A program made the translations under genes and the position numbers. From positions 159,970 through 223,969 of the forward strand of contig MTMI02000007.1 in NCBI GenBank assembly GCA_002011165.2: a stretch of DNA of 64,000 nt, given 5' to 3'. This document shows positions 52,795 to 62,031 of this stretch, one piece after another (position 1 is the first letter of the stretch; every line of letters begins with the position of its first letter). The stretch comes from Candidatus Mnemosynella biddleae (GTDB taxonomy: Archaea; Halobacteriota; Archaeoglobi; Mnemosynellales; Mnemosynellaceae). The notes below the pieces were generated by a model. That model was not told the origin of the DNA. It made no database searches and saw nothing but the letters and a program-made list of their open reading frames with translations.

Positions 52795-53610
52795 ATGATC
52801 AAAGTTCTCATAGTTGGAGTTCTATCCGAGAACTCCGGGAAAACAACTCTTGCCGAAGCCCTAATTTCGGAAGCAATAGAAAAAGGAGTGGACGTTGGAG
52901 TCTCCAAACCTTTCTGTTCAACCAATGGCTGGTATCATTATGAAGTCATTGTAAGGAGCGCTGAATTCGGTCTCCTTCTCGGAAGAGATATTCAGAGACT
53001 CCACAATGTTGCGAGAAGCATCGAGTCAGTAGAGCTGGAGAATCCCGTATGTGTCTTGGCAATGCCTTTGGATTTAGAGAAACTTGAGTGGAATCTTATG
53101 CAAAATCTTTCGATGAATCAAATCGCAATGATCAGAGTGAGTGGAAAGGAGACCAAGCATTATGTTGTGAACTCGAATTTGGAAAGGTTTACAGGAATTC
53201 TCAGAAAAGAGGTTGAAAGACTCTCGAAAGCTCTAAAAGGCGAAGTTCAGGAAATTGAAATTGAGGACGCCGAGGAAATCCTCAGAAAGGCTAGAGACCT
53301 CTCAAATGAAGCTCTTAAAGAGATCAAAAGGAGGCACGATATGGTAGTCATCGAGTCGTTCAGCAATGTCGCATCTCCCAACACGGAATCGCTTGATTCA
53401 GACATCATCATAGCTGTCTCACCAGGAAAAGCAGTGATATATGAAGGAGAAAAATATCGAAGGGCAGTTGACATTCTCCTTGATTTCAAAGATCCATGGG
53501 AGATAACAACCGATGGAGTACTGAGGCTTCTGAAACCACTCAGGACAATTGAACTCAAGCCCAAGGAACTTGGTAATAAGGGAATTCTCAAAGAAATATT
53601 CAATTTTTGA
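52795..53610 (+). CDS. P-loop NTPase (COG4028-like)
   Basis: VG..ENSGKTT, KP, NGWY, ENP, VIESF; start placed at ATG 52795. Confidence 0.75.
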   Translation: MIKVLIVGVLSENSGKTTLAEALISEAIEKGVDVGVSKPFCSTNGWYHYEVIVRSAEFGLLLGRDIQRLHNVARSIESVELENPVCVLAMPLDLEKLEWNLMQNLSMNQIAMIRVSGKETKHYVVNSNLERFTGILRKEVERLSKALKGEVQEIEIEDAEEILRKARDLSNEALKEIKRRHDMVVIESFSNVASPNTESLDSDIIIAVSPGKAVIYEGEKYRRAVDILLDFKDPWEITTDGVLRLLKPLRTIELKPKELGNKGILKEIFNF

Positions 53611-53712
53611 TTTTTCATATTAGAGAAGAAATAAAGCCATATAAGCGGTTTTTCAGAGTTGCCACCTTTGTGCAAGCATTTTTATTAAAAAATTTTCAAA
53701 TATTTTTCTGCG

Positions 53713-54435
53713 ATGAAGATCATGATCTGCGGGTCCTTGGGATATGGAGGAAAGGAGAGAATAAAAGAGCTTCAGGAGCTCCTCAGAGAGAATGGATTCG
53801 AAGTCATAGATCAGCTGAAGGATATGGATTACTGCGAAATTCAGGATTTCAGAGATAAATTAGAGTTGTGCAGGGAAATAGTGAGAAGAGACCTTGAAAA
53901 AGTAAGCGAAGCAGATGTCATCATAATCATCTCAGATTTTCCAAGCTTTGGAGCGAGTGTAGAGGCATTTCAGGCTTCTATGAGTGGAAAGAGGGTTATT
54001 GCATATTCTGAAGGGAAAGCAAGATCCCCTTGGCCTCTTGCAATGGCTCAGGAGGTATGTGAAAGCAAAGAAGAACTTTTGGAGGCTCTGAGGAGAGAAG
54101 AGATGAGAAAGATAGGGAAAATCCCAAATTTTTTTGGAGAACATGAAGCTGAGTTCGTATATGAGGGGTTCAAATGCATCTGTCCTGTTACGGGACTGGA
54201 GGATAGGGCGAAGATAACCATCAGATATATACCAGAGAGATGGCTCATCGAATACGAATCGCTGGATAAATACTTCAGAAGCTTTGAAAAAAGAGCAATT
54301 CATCATGAAGCTGTGGTGGAGGAAATCTTTAGAGATGTGAAGGAGGAAATCTCACCGAGAGAGCTCGAAGTTAAAGGGGAGTTCGAAGAGAGAAGTGGAG
54401 TTAAAGCAGTAATAAAAAAGAGGTGGAAAAGATGA
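53713..54435 (+). CDS. fusion: nucleoside 2-deoxyribosyltransferase/DNPH1-like N-glycosidase + QueF-like T-fold domain
   Basis: N-term ICGSLG, RRDL...SEAD, PSFGASVE, GKRV; C-term CPVTGLED, IRY.P, IEYESLDKY, HHE. Confidence 0.8.
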   Translation: MKIMICGSLGYGGKERIKELQELLRENGFEVIDQLKDMDYCEIQDFRDKLELCREIVRRDLEKVSEADVIIIISDFPSFGASVEAFQASMSGKRVIAYSEGKARSPWPLAMAQEVCESKEELLEALRREEMRKIGKIPNFFGEHEAEFVYEGFKCICPVTGLEDRAKITIRYIPERWLIEYESLDKYFRSFEKRAIHHEAVVEEIFRDVKEEISPRELEVKGEFEERSGVKAVIKKRWKR

Positions 54436-55358
54436 GCTTTGAACCTTCTTATCTTCATCTTTTTGAGAGTGGGGAACTTCGAAGAAGGGTAGATGAGCTG
54501 TATTCTATTTTAGAATCATGTGAACTATGCCCGAGGAAATGCAGAGTTAATAGGATGAAGGGGGAAAGAGGTTATTGTGGTGCAGATGCAAATCTCATGG
54601 TCTCAAGCTATTTTTCGCACTTCGGAGAAGAGGATGTGCTTGTGGGAAGAAATGGATCAGGAACAATATTTTTGACAAATTGCAATCTCCTTTGCGTATA
54701 TTGTCAGAACTACGACATAAGTCATCTTGGTGTTGGAGAGATCGTCTCTGAGGATAGAGTGGCTGAGATGATGCTCCATCTTCAATCTCTTGGATGTCAT
54801 AACATCAATTTTGTGACCCCAACACACTACACACCTCAGTTAGTTCGAGCGATAGAAATAGCGGTTGAAAGAGGATTGAAGCTCCCAATTGTCTGGAATT
54901 GTAGCGGATACGAAAACGTTGAACTCATCAAAATGCTCGAAGGAATAGTTGACATATATATGCCTGACATGAAATATGGTTCTTCTGAACCTGCGAAGAA
55001 GTATTCTAATGCTCCAGATTATTTCGAGAGATGCAAAGAGGCTGTTAAGGAAATGCACCGCCAGGTTGGAGATCTGAAGGTGAAGGAAGGAATTGCATAT
55101 AGAGGCCTTCTTATCAGACATCTCGTTTTACCAAATGATCTCGCGGGAAGTGAGAGAATTCTCAAGTTTATAGCGCAGGAGATTTCGAAGGACACCTATG
55201 TTAATATCATGGCTCAATACAGGCCAGAAGGAGAGGCATATAAGTATGAAGAGCTGAGTAGAAGAATCACAAGAGATGAGTTCATGAAAGTTCTTGAGCT
55301 TGCGAAAGATCTCGGGTTAACAAGAGGATTAGACAGAAGATATCTCTTTTTCCTCTGA
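54432..55358 (+). CDS. PflX-like radical SAM protein
   Basis: CELCPRKC.VNR...YC, HFGEE, GSGTIF, CNLLCVYCQN, HNINFVTP, D.KY, RHLVLP; ATGA overlap with upstream fusion. Confidence 0.88.
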   Translation: MSFEPSYLHLFESGELRRRVDELYSILESCELCPRKCRVNRMKGERGYCGADANLMVSSYFSHFGEEDVLVGRNGSGTIFLTNCNLLCVYCQNYDISHLGVGEIVSEDRVAEMMLHLQSLGCHNINFVTPTHYTPQLVRAIEIAVERGLKLPIVWNCSGYENVELIKMLEGIVDIYMPDMKYGSSEPAKKYSNAPDYFERCKEAVKEMHRQVGDLKVKEGIAYRGLLIRHLVLPNDLAGSERILKFIAQEISKDTYVNIMAQYRPEGEAYKYEELSRRITRDEFMKVLELAKDLGLTRGLDRRYLFFL

Positions 55359-55841
55359 TGCAAATAGCTTTTTAATTTGCGCCTCACAATTCTTGCAGAG
55401 TTTACTCGGTTTTTTCATGGCTTCGGCGAAGGTGTTGGAGAATTTCATTACGCAGTTGTTGGAGCAGTGCTCCAGACTTAAGAGGTGACCAACTTCATGA
55501 ATTGATTCTTTCGAGATCATTTCCAGAGAGGGCAATCGGTAAGTTGAAACTATCGCCTCTCTTTCGTAAGCTACTCCAAAGACAAAGTTCATACCAACTA
55601 TGAAAATGTCGCAGTTTACAAGCCAGAGGGCAAGATCTTTGGTCTTATTCTTCGAAAGGAACTCAAGAAGAAGTGATGCATCGTATTGGCTTCTTTCTTC
55701 ATCTTTCGCTCCAATTGGCGGTTTCATCTCTGTTCCGAGAGTCACTTTAAGGGGATATGTTCTCTGAAGAGCTTTTCGAACTGCACTCAGCACTTCTTCA
55801 CTGAAACTCTCATAAAAGATCTCGAGAGTAAGCATCCGCAA
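55329..55841 (-). CDS. amzA: archaemetzincin Zn metalloprotease
   Basis: RSQY, NFVFG, HEVGHLLSLEHC..NCVM..S, C..C. Confidence 0.88.
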   Translation of the reverse strand: MRMLTLEIFYESFSEEVLSAVRKALQRTYPLKVTLGTEMKPPIGAKDEERSQYDASLLLEFLSKNKTKDLALWLVNCDIFIVGMNFVFGVAYEREAIVSTYRLPSLEMISKESIHEVGHLLSLEHCSNNCVMKFSNTFAEAMKKPSKLCKNCEAQIKKLFASEEKEISSV

Positions 55842-55875
55842 CTTAATTTAAGGATCAGATATAAAAAGACTGTCC

Positions 55876-57000
55876 TTGATGGAGTTCATGGCAACAACAA
55901 CACAGGGGATGGAAGATGTCACTGCAGAAGAGATTAAAGAATTAACAGGAAGGAGAGTTGAGAGAAGGAAGGGGAGGGTCGAATTTGAAGGCTCTTTGAA
56001 AGAGATGTATAGAGTTAATCTCAGGGCAAGATGCGTGAACAGAGTTTTTCTGATACTTCAGAAAAGAAAAGCGGAGACATTGAAGGATATCTACAGGATC
56101 TCCAGAGAGATAGATTACATGTGGATAATCTCCGAGAATCAGAGCTTTGCAGTGAGAGCGACAAGAGTTGGGGAACACCCTTTCACGAGTCCTGAAATAG
56201 CTTCAGAGGTGGGAAGAGCGATAATAGAGAGCTTCAGAGATTCAACGGGAAAAAGGCTGAAGGTAAATCTGGAGGAGCCCGATGTTGAGATTTATGCTCT
56301 TCTCGTAGATGATGACTTCGTTTTGAGCGTTAATACGACTGGAGAATCACTGCACAAAAGAGGCTACAGAAAATATCAGCATCATGCACCTATAAGACCG
56401 ACTCTTGCGTCCTGTCTTCTGAGATACAGTGGCTGGAAACCGAGAAATTCTCTTCTCGATCCCATGTGTGGAAGCGGAACAATCCCGATTGAAGCTGTTT
56501 TAATGGCTAAAAAGTGTATGAATCACAGAGATTTTCTCTTTAAGAAACTTAAAATTCATGATAAGGAGATTTTTGAAAAAGAGAAGAAAATAGAGGAAAG
56601 AGGAGAGAATCCAAAAAGAATTGTAGCTATGGAGATATCTCCAAAGCATTTAGAAGGAGCAATTGAAAATGCAGAAAGAGCAGGAGTCTTAGATTTCATA
56701 GACTTTATCGAAGGCGACGCAAAAAGAATGGAGCAATATCTGGATCTCTCTCCCGAATTCTTGGTGGTGAATCCTCCGTATGGAATAAGATCTTCGAGAA
56801 AAAGGGCAATAAGAGATCTTTACGAAGGTTTTCTTAAATCTGCAGAAAGAATATCCGGTGAATCCCTTTTAGTCGTCATAACAGCAGCTGAAAAGGAATT
56901 CAAAGAATCTCTGAAAAAAATCAATGGAGAAGTCATTGAGGAGAGATACGTTCTTTACGGAGATCTGCCAACGAAAGTCTTCAAAATCATTCTGGGGTGA
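55876..57000 (+). CDS. trm14: THUMP-domain tRNA (guanine-N2)-methyltransferase, Trm14-like
   Basis: THUMP (SFAVRA.R.G.H.F.S), SLHKRGYR, DPMCGSGTI, NPPYG. Confidence 0.85.
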   Translation: MMEFMATTTQGMEDVTAEEIKELTGRRVERRKGRVEFEGSLKEMYRVNLRARCVNRVFLILQKRKAETLKDIYRISREIDYMWIISENQSFAVRATRVGEHPFTSPEIASEVGRAIIESFRDSTGKRLKVNLEEPDVEIYALLVDDDFVLSVNTTGESLHKRGYRKYQHHAPIRPTLASCLLRYSGWKPRNSLLDPMCGSGTIPIEAVLMAKKCMNHRDFLFKKLKIHDKEIFEKEKKIEERGENPKRIVAMEISPKHLEGAIENAERAGVLDFIDFIEGDAKRMEQYLDLSPEFLVVNPPYGIRSSRKRAIRDLYEGFLKSAERISGESLLVVITAAEKEFKESLKKINGEVIEERYVLYGDLPTKVFKIILG

Positions 57001-57006
57001 CATTCT

Positions 57007-57639
57007 TTGAGACTTGATTTGGTACTGGTTAGGAGAGGATGTTTCAGTTCAAGACAAAAAGCTAAGGAGAGTATAAAGAGAGGACTTGTGAGAGTAGAAG
57101 GAAAAATCATAACAAAACCGTCATTTGACGTGGAGTTCGGTGCAGAGATAGAAGTGCTCTTTGAGGAGAGACCAAAGGGGTACTGGAAGCTGAAAGAGAT
57201 TGATGAAAGTCTTGAGATCTTCAGAGGCGATGAAATCGTCTTGGATCTCGGGAGCTCGGCAGGAGGCTTCCTTCTATATTCGAGCGAGAAGGCAAGATTC
57301 GTTTATGGAATAGAGTTCAGTAGAGAATTCGAAAGTGAGTTGAGGAGGATTGAAAAAGAGAAGAAAAATGTGAAAGTATTCATAGGAGATGCGTTTATAT
57401 TCGATATATCAATTCTACCGCATTTTGACCTAATTTTGAATGATTTGACTCTTCCTTTTTCGTCTTCCATGAAAGCTCTGAAGAGATTTCTTCCAAAGCT
57501 GAAAGATAATGGAAAAGTACTCTTCGTTCACAAACTCGGGGATGATGAAGCTCCAGAGTTTAAGGATTTTGAAATTCTCAAGGAAATGATCTCAAAAGAA
57601 AAAAAGGAGAAATATTATCTGTTGAGAAAAAGGATTTGA
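57007..57639 (+). CDS. TlyA-like S4-domain rRNA 2'-O-methyltransferase
   Basis: RLDLVLV..G..SR.KA S4 domain; KL, LDLGSSAGGF, D, HK. Confidence 0.82.
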   Translation: MRLDLVLVRRGCFSSRQKAKESIKRGLVRVEGKIITKPSFDVEFGAEIEVLFEERPKGYWKLKEIDESLEIFRGDEIVLDLGSSAGGFLLYSSEKARFVYGIEFSREFESELRRIEKEKKNVKVFIGDAFIFDISILPHFDLILNDLTLPFSSSMKALKRFLPKLKDNGKVLFVHKLGDDEAPEFKDFEILKEMISKEKKEKYYLLRKRI

Positions 57640-57649
57640 AAAAAAGGAG

Positions 57650-58177
57650 TTACCAACCATCTCTGTGAATCCTATCCTCTTTGAACCTATCCTCCGCTTC
57701 TCTGAATTCGCTTTCACTTTTCGGATATCCAAGCGAGATAATGCTAAAGACGACTATCTCAGTTGGAATTCCGAGGATCTCCTTCACATCTCTGTCGAAA
57801 TCTTCTCTCGGATAAATTCCTATCCATACCGAGCCAATTCCAAGTATCCTTGCAGCCAGAAGGATATTCTGGGTTGCAGCAGAGCAATCCTGATCCCAGA
57901 GTCTATAGGGAAATCTCGAACGCTTAGGATCCGCACATACAATTATCGCTGCAGAAGCCTTTTTAAGCATCTTGGCGTAAGGATGCGATTCTGCAATCTT
58001 TTCCAGAAGATCTCTTCTTCTCACAACAATGAAATGCCACGGTTGTTCGTTCGCGGCAGTAGGAGCCTGAAAACCAGCCCTCAAGATCTTCTGAAGATCC
58101 TCTTCACTAATCTCCTTCTCGGAGTAATCCCTTATACTTCTCCTCGTATATATGAATTTAAGGCATTCTTCACTCAT
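57650..58177 (-). CDS. nitroreductase family flavoprotein
   Basis: RRSIR, APTA.N.QPW, QNILLAA..LG.GS.W, LGYP. Confidence 0.92.
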   Translation of the reverse strand: MSEECLKFIYTRRSIRDYSEKEISEEDLQKILRAGFQAPTAANEQPWHFIVVRRRDLLEKIAESHPYAKMLKKASAAIIVCADPKRSRFPYRLWDQDCSAATQNILLAARILGIGSVWIGIYPREDFDRDVKEILGIPTEIVVFSIISLGYPKSESEFREAEDRFKEDRIHRDGW

Positions 58178-58218
58178 AATTAGAGTTATGAATGATGAGG
58201 AGATTAAATTTTATGTTC

Positions 58219-59067
58219 ATGGGTGTGATAAGACCTTTTGATCCTTGGAAAGGCGAGCTTTGCAGTTGTCCCGAAAAATATTCTTTAAATCCTTATACTG
58301 GTTGTCCTCATCAGTGTCTCTACTGTTACTCTTCTTCATACATTCCAAGATTTTTCGAGTGCAGAGTTAAGAAAGATCTGTTGAAGCATGTGAGGAGAGA
58401 CTGTGAGAAACTTCCCGAAAATGCGCTTATTTCGATGAGCAACACAAGCGATCCATATCCTCCAGTGGAGAAAGAGTATGAACTTACGAGAAGATGCCTT
58501 GAAATCTTCCGTGAGTATGATTTCAGAGTTCTTGTAATAACTAAGGGAGATGTTATTCTGAGAGATGTTGATCTTCTCTCGGATATGAGATCTGCTGTTA
58601 CCATAACAGTGACAACGTTAAAATACGATGAAATCCTCGAGAGGGGAGCTCCAAGAGCTCTGAGGAGAATTGAGGTTTTGAAGGAGCTGAAAGATTCCGG
58701 AATTCCAGTTGGATTAAGATTCGATCCTCTAATACCTTTTTTGAACGATAAAGAAATTGAGGAGATAATCTCTAAAACAAGCTTTGTCGATCATGTTGTC
58801 TCGAGTACTTTCAAGCCGAGGAGAGATAGCTGGAAAAGGTTTTCATTAGCTTTTCCAGATGTCTCAAAAAAGCTAAAGGATCTTTATTTTTCAAAGGGTG
58901 AGAGAATTCAAAGAGCATTATATCTTCCGAGAGAAATGAGAAGAGAACTCATGAAAAAAGTGAAAGAGGTTTGTGAAAGCTACGGAATACCTTTCGCATC
59001 ATGTCGAGAAGGATTTCCAGAGCTACAGAGTTCCAAGAGCTGTGACGGGAGTCATTTGATAAGATGA
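58219..59067 (+). CDS. SplB-like radical SAM protein (COG1533-like)
   Basis: FDPW...C.CP.KY, NPYTGCPHQCLYCY, SDPYP, TK, R.DP, CREG...CDG. Confidence 0.85.
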   Translation: MGVIRPFDPWKGELCSCPEKYSLNPYTGCPHQCLYCYSSSYIPRFFECRVKKDLLKHVRRDCEKLPENALISMSNTSDPYPPVEKEYELTRRCLEIFREYDFRVLVITKGDVILRDVDLLSDMRSAVTITVTTLKYDEILERGAPRALRRIEVLKELKDSGIPVGLRFDPLIPFLNDKEIEEIISKTSFVDHVVSSTFKPRRDSWKRFSLAFPDVSKKLKDLYFSKGERIQRALYLPREMRRELMKKVKEVCESYGIPFASCREGFPELQSSKSCDGSHLIR

Positions 59068-59400
59068 TCAGAGGAGAAGCTCTCTCGCTCTCTCAACCGC
59101 TATCATTGCTTCTCTCTTTTCTTCTTCATCCTCCAGCACCTGAAGAAGTTCTTCAATGATTCCGGAAAATATCTCAAATGCCTCTTTTTTATCATCTGTC
59201 ACTGTAAACTCATTTCTGCTTATTCCGTATGCACCCCATAGTTCGATGAAGTAAAATCTTCCGTTATCAAAGGAAGAGAGGATTAAATCTGTTTCATGCG
59301 TTGGAGAGTTGAATCTGACAAGCTCTCTTTTATCATTCACGTAGGCCTCGTATCTGTACTCTCCCCAGTTGTGCATGAATTTAGCACGCATGAAACTCAC
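59068..59400 (-). CDS. hypothetical protein, possible WGR-like fold
   Basis: 110 aa, GTGA-coupled to DUF72; FYFIELWGAYG...EAFEIF. Confidence 0.6.
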   Translation of the reverse strand: MSFMRAKFMHNWGEYRYEAYVNDKRELVRFNSPTHETDLILSSFDNGRFYFIELWGAYGISRNEFTVTDDKKEAFEIFSGIIEELLQVLEDEEEKREAMIAVERARELLL

Positions 59401-60086
59401 CTCACGAGTTCGAGAAATCTCTTCGCATCCTCATACATGAAAATATTGTTGAAGAAGGTGTAGGAGTTCTTGTATTCTTCAATCTTTTTCTTTAGAAATT
59501 GAAGATCGTAGTCTGTGTAGCGATATCTGTACATCTTCTCACCCGGAGGGCTTCCGTGAAGTCTGAAATAAGCTGGTTCCCCCATAAGAGGATCTCTGGA
59601 GAAAGGATCCACGCAATGAATCAAGGAAAACTCCTCTAGAAGCGGTTTAAGAATCTCATCATCCCAACTTTTGTGTCTGAGTTCTACAGCAATTTTCAAT
59701 CCATTTCTTTCAGTCATCTTCAAAAATTCTCTGAAATTTCTGATAGATTCTTCGGTGGCTCTGAAGCTGGGAGGAGTTTGAAGTAAAAGAATCTTGCTAC
59801 GAAGAGCCTCGCATATTTTTCTCATCTCTTCGAAAATTTCAATAGATCTGGTTGAAGAGAATCTGTCTTCATGGGTAATCGCTTTATTTGCTTTAACTGT
59901 AAACTCAAATTCTTCGTTTACTTCGTCAACTTCTCTTCTCCACTTCTCGCAGGTGGAAATTCTTGGAAGTTTGTAAAAAGTAGAGTTCACTTCAACAATC
60001 TCGAAGACTTCTGCATAACTCTGAAGTACGCTCATACCTTCTTTTCTTCCTTTAAATCCATTCCATCCACAGCATCCAACTTTCAT
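59397..60086 (-). CDS. DUF72 (YecE) family protein
   Basis: VGCCGW, VEVNSTFY, F.VKA...ITH, LLQTPPSF, ELRH.SW, YFRLHG, FFNN. Confidence 0.92.
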   Translation of the reverse strand: MKVGCCGWNGFKGRKEGMSVLQSYAEVFEIVEVNSTFYKLPRISTCEKWRREVDEVNEEFEFTVKANKAITHEDRFSSTRSIEIFEEMRKICEALRSKILLLQTPPSFRATEESIRNFREFLKMTERNGLKIAVELRHKSWDDEILKPLLEEFSLIHCVDPFSRDPLMGEPAYFRLHGSPPGEKMYRYRYTDYDLQFLKKKIEEYKNSYTFFNNIFMYEDAKRFLELVR

Positions 60087-60622
60087 TTTTCTCCGAGAAT
60101 TTCGGAGAGGGCATCTTCGTAAGCTTGGAGATCTTCATCGCTGAAAAGAACAAATCGAATTTTCTTCACGTTCTTCAACGTCGGAATGAGCTCCAAAATT
60201 GTTTTCAGAGCTACCTTTGATGCCTCTCTCACCGGATAACCAAAAATACCTGTGGAGATGGAGGGAAAAGCTATTGAATCTACTCTCCTCTCATCAGCAA
60301 GCTTCAGAGCGTTCTGGTAGCATCTTGAAAGAAGCACATCTTCTGGTTTGTCTTTTCCATAAACAGGACCGAGAACATGGATAACAAAGTCATTAGGAAG
60401 ATTGTAACCTCTCGTGATCACTGCATCTCCAACCTCTATCGGAGCCAGTTTACTGCACTCTTTTTCGAGTTCTGGACCAGCTGCTCTGTGTATAGCTCCT
60501 GAAACCCCTCCCCCAGGTTTCAACCATCGATTTGCAGAATTCACTATTACCTCCACATCAGGTTGAGAAGTTATATCTCCTTTGACTATCTCCAGAAGCA
60601 CGCCGGAGATCTCTACTCTCAA
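60083..60622 (-). CDS. macrodomain protein (MacroD/YmdB-like ADP-ribose hydrolase)
   Basis: GDIT, VNSAN..L..GGGV.GAIH.AAG, VIH.LGP, AFPSISTGIFGYP. Confidence 0.93.
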   Translation of the reverse strand: MRVEISGVLLEIVKGDITSQPDVEVIVNSANRWLKPGGGVSGAIHRAAGPELEKECSKLAPIEVGDAVITRGYNLPNDFVIHVLGPVYGKDKPEDVLLSRCYQNALKLADERRVDSIAFPSISTGIFGYPVREASKVALKTILELIPTLKNVKKIRFVLFSDEDLQAYEDALSEILGEK

Positions 60623-60626
60623 CCCC

Positions 60627-61151
60627 TTAACCCTCGCTCAGAGCTTTTATGATCTCTCGAGCAAATGCTGATAAATCATCTGGAGTTCTCGAAGTAATGA
60701 GTTTTCCATCTACAACAACTTCCTGGTCCACGTAATTTGCTCCTGCATTTATAAGATCATCTTTTATAGCAACCACTCCTGTAGCGGTGTGACCCTTTAT
60801 GATCTTCGCAGAAATCATCACCCATGGCCCATGGCAGATCGCTGCAATCACTTTTCCTTTATCGTAGGCATCTTTCACAAGCTTTAAAACAGCTTCGTAT
60901 CTTCTCAATCTATCTGGTGCCCATCCTCCCGGAATAATAATGGCATCAAACTCGTCTGCAGTCACCTCATCAGCATTTGCATCAACCGTAATTGGAATTC
61001 CATGTTTTCCAGTGTATTCTTCTGCAGAGCCAGTACCTATCACCTTTATCTCTGCACCCTCTTCCTTCAATCTTATCAGAGGATACCAGAGTTCCAAATC
61101 CTCATAATAACTCTCAACTAGGATTGCAACTTTTTTGCCCTGAAGTTTCAT
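60627..61151 (-). CDS. pfpI: PfpI/DJ-1 family protease/deglycase
   Basis: YEDLELWYP, IPGG, AICHGP, TSR.P.DL. Confidence 0.92.
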   Translation of the reverse strand: MKLQGKKVAILVESYYEDLELWYPLIRLKEEGAEIKVIGTGSAEEYTGKHGIPITVDANADEVTADEFDAIIIPGGWAPDRLRRYEAVLKLVKDAYDKGKVIAAICHGPWVMISAKIIKGHTATGVVAIKDDLINAGANYVDQEVVVDGKLITSRTPDDLSAFAREIIKALSEG

Positions 61152-61209
61152 TCAACCTCACCTCAATATTTATTTGAGTTCGCAACTTAAATTATTTTCC
61201 CGTGAAAAT

Positions 61210-62025
61210 TTAGAGGTTCATGAGTTTTTTTCTGACTTTTTCAGAAAAGGAATATCTTGTCTTCACAAATCTCGCAGGAGAAGGATGTTTCGTAAAAGTA
61301 ACTTCCTCTCCTTCACGCAACCCTCTAACATATTGACCATCGAGAACGAGAAGAGCATCTTTTCCAACACGCGTGGGGACAACCTTAATTTCGTTCTCGC
61401 TGGAGACAACCCATGGTCTCGAAGAGAGTTTATGGGGGGCTAAGGGAACGATCACAAATGATTCTACATTTGGATGGATTATGGGCCCTCCTGCGCTCAT
61501 GGAATAAGCTGTTGAACCTGTTGGAGTTGCCACAATAACTCCGTCAGCTCTAAAATCTTCGAGAAGTTCGTCATTTAGATAAACTTTTACTCTGAGCATC
61601 TTCGAAGGTCTTTCGGTGATTATCACAGCTTCATTTAACGCAGGCGGAAGCACCTGTCCCTTCACTTCAGCAGATATTCTACACTTTTCCTCTACTTCAA
61701 AATCCCCAAGAAGAAGGTCTACTGCATATTTAATTTCATCTAAATTCAAATCTGCAAGAAAACCTATCTCTCCCGTGTTAATTCCGAGAATTGGGATATT
61801 ATTTTTTAGATTCTGGCAAATTCTCAGAATCGTTCCATCTCCTCCAATCACGAGAATTGCATCGCATTCCATATCTTCAATCTTCTCTCCTCTTAGGGAG
61901 AGCTTTTCCGCACTGTATTCATCTGCTATGAGTTCTGCTGAATCTTTCATCATCTCAATTGCTTTTTTTGCCACACTCAACGAGAGTTCATCATCCTTCT
62001 TTACAATGATTGCTATCCTTCTCAT
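61210..62025 (-). CDS. nadK: NAD kinase
   Basis: GGDGT, GIN.G..GFL, LNE, DG....TPTGSTAY..SAGG. Confidence 0.95.
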   Translation of the reverse strand: MRRIAIIVKKDDELSLSVAKKAIEMMKDSAELIADEYSAEKLSLRGEKIEDMECDAILVIGGDGTILRICQNLKNNIPILGINTGEIGFLADLNLDEIKYAVDLLLGDFEVEEKCRISAEVKGQVLPPALNEAVIITERPSKMLRVKVYLNDELLEDFRADGVIVATPTGSTAYSMSAGGPIIHPNVESFVIVPLAPHKLSSRPWVVSSENEIKVVPTRVGKDALLVLDGQYVRGLREGEEVTFTKHPSPARFVKTRYSFSEKVRKKLMNL

Positions 62026-62031
62026 GGCTCA

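Noticed and set aside
53713..54435. Canonical preQ0 reductase QueF
   Set aside because: The NADPH-binding QueF motif lysines are absent, and archaea are not known to make queuosine in tRNA
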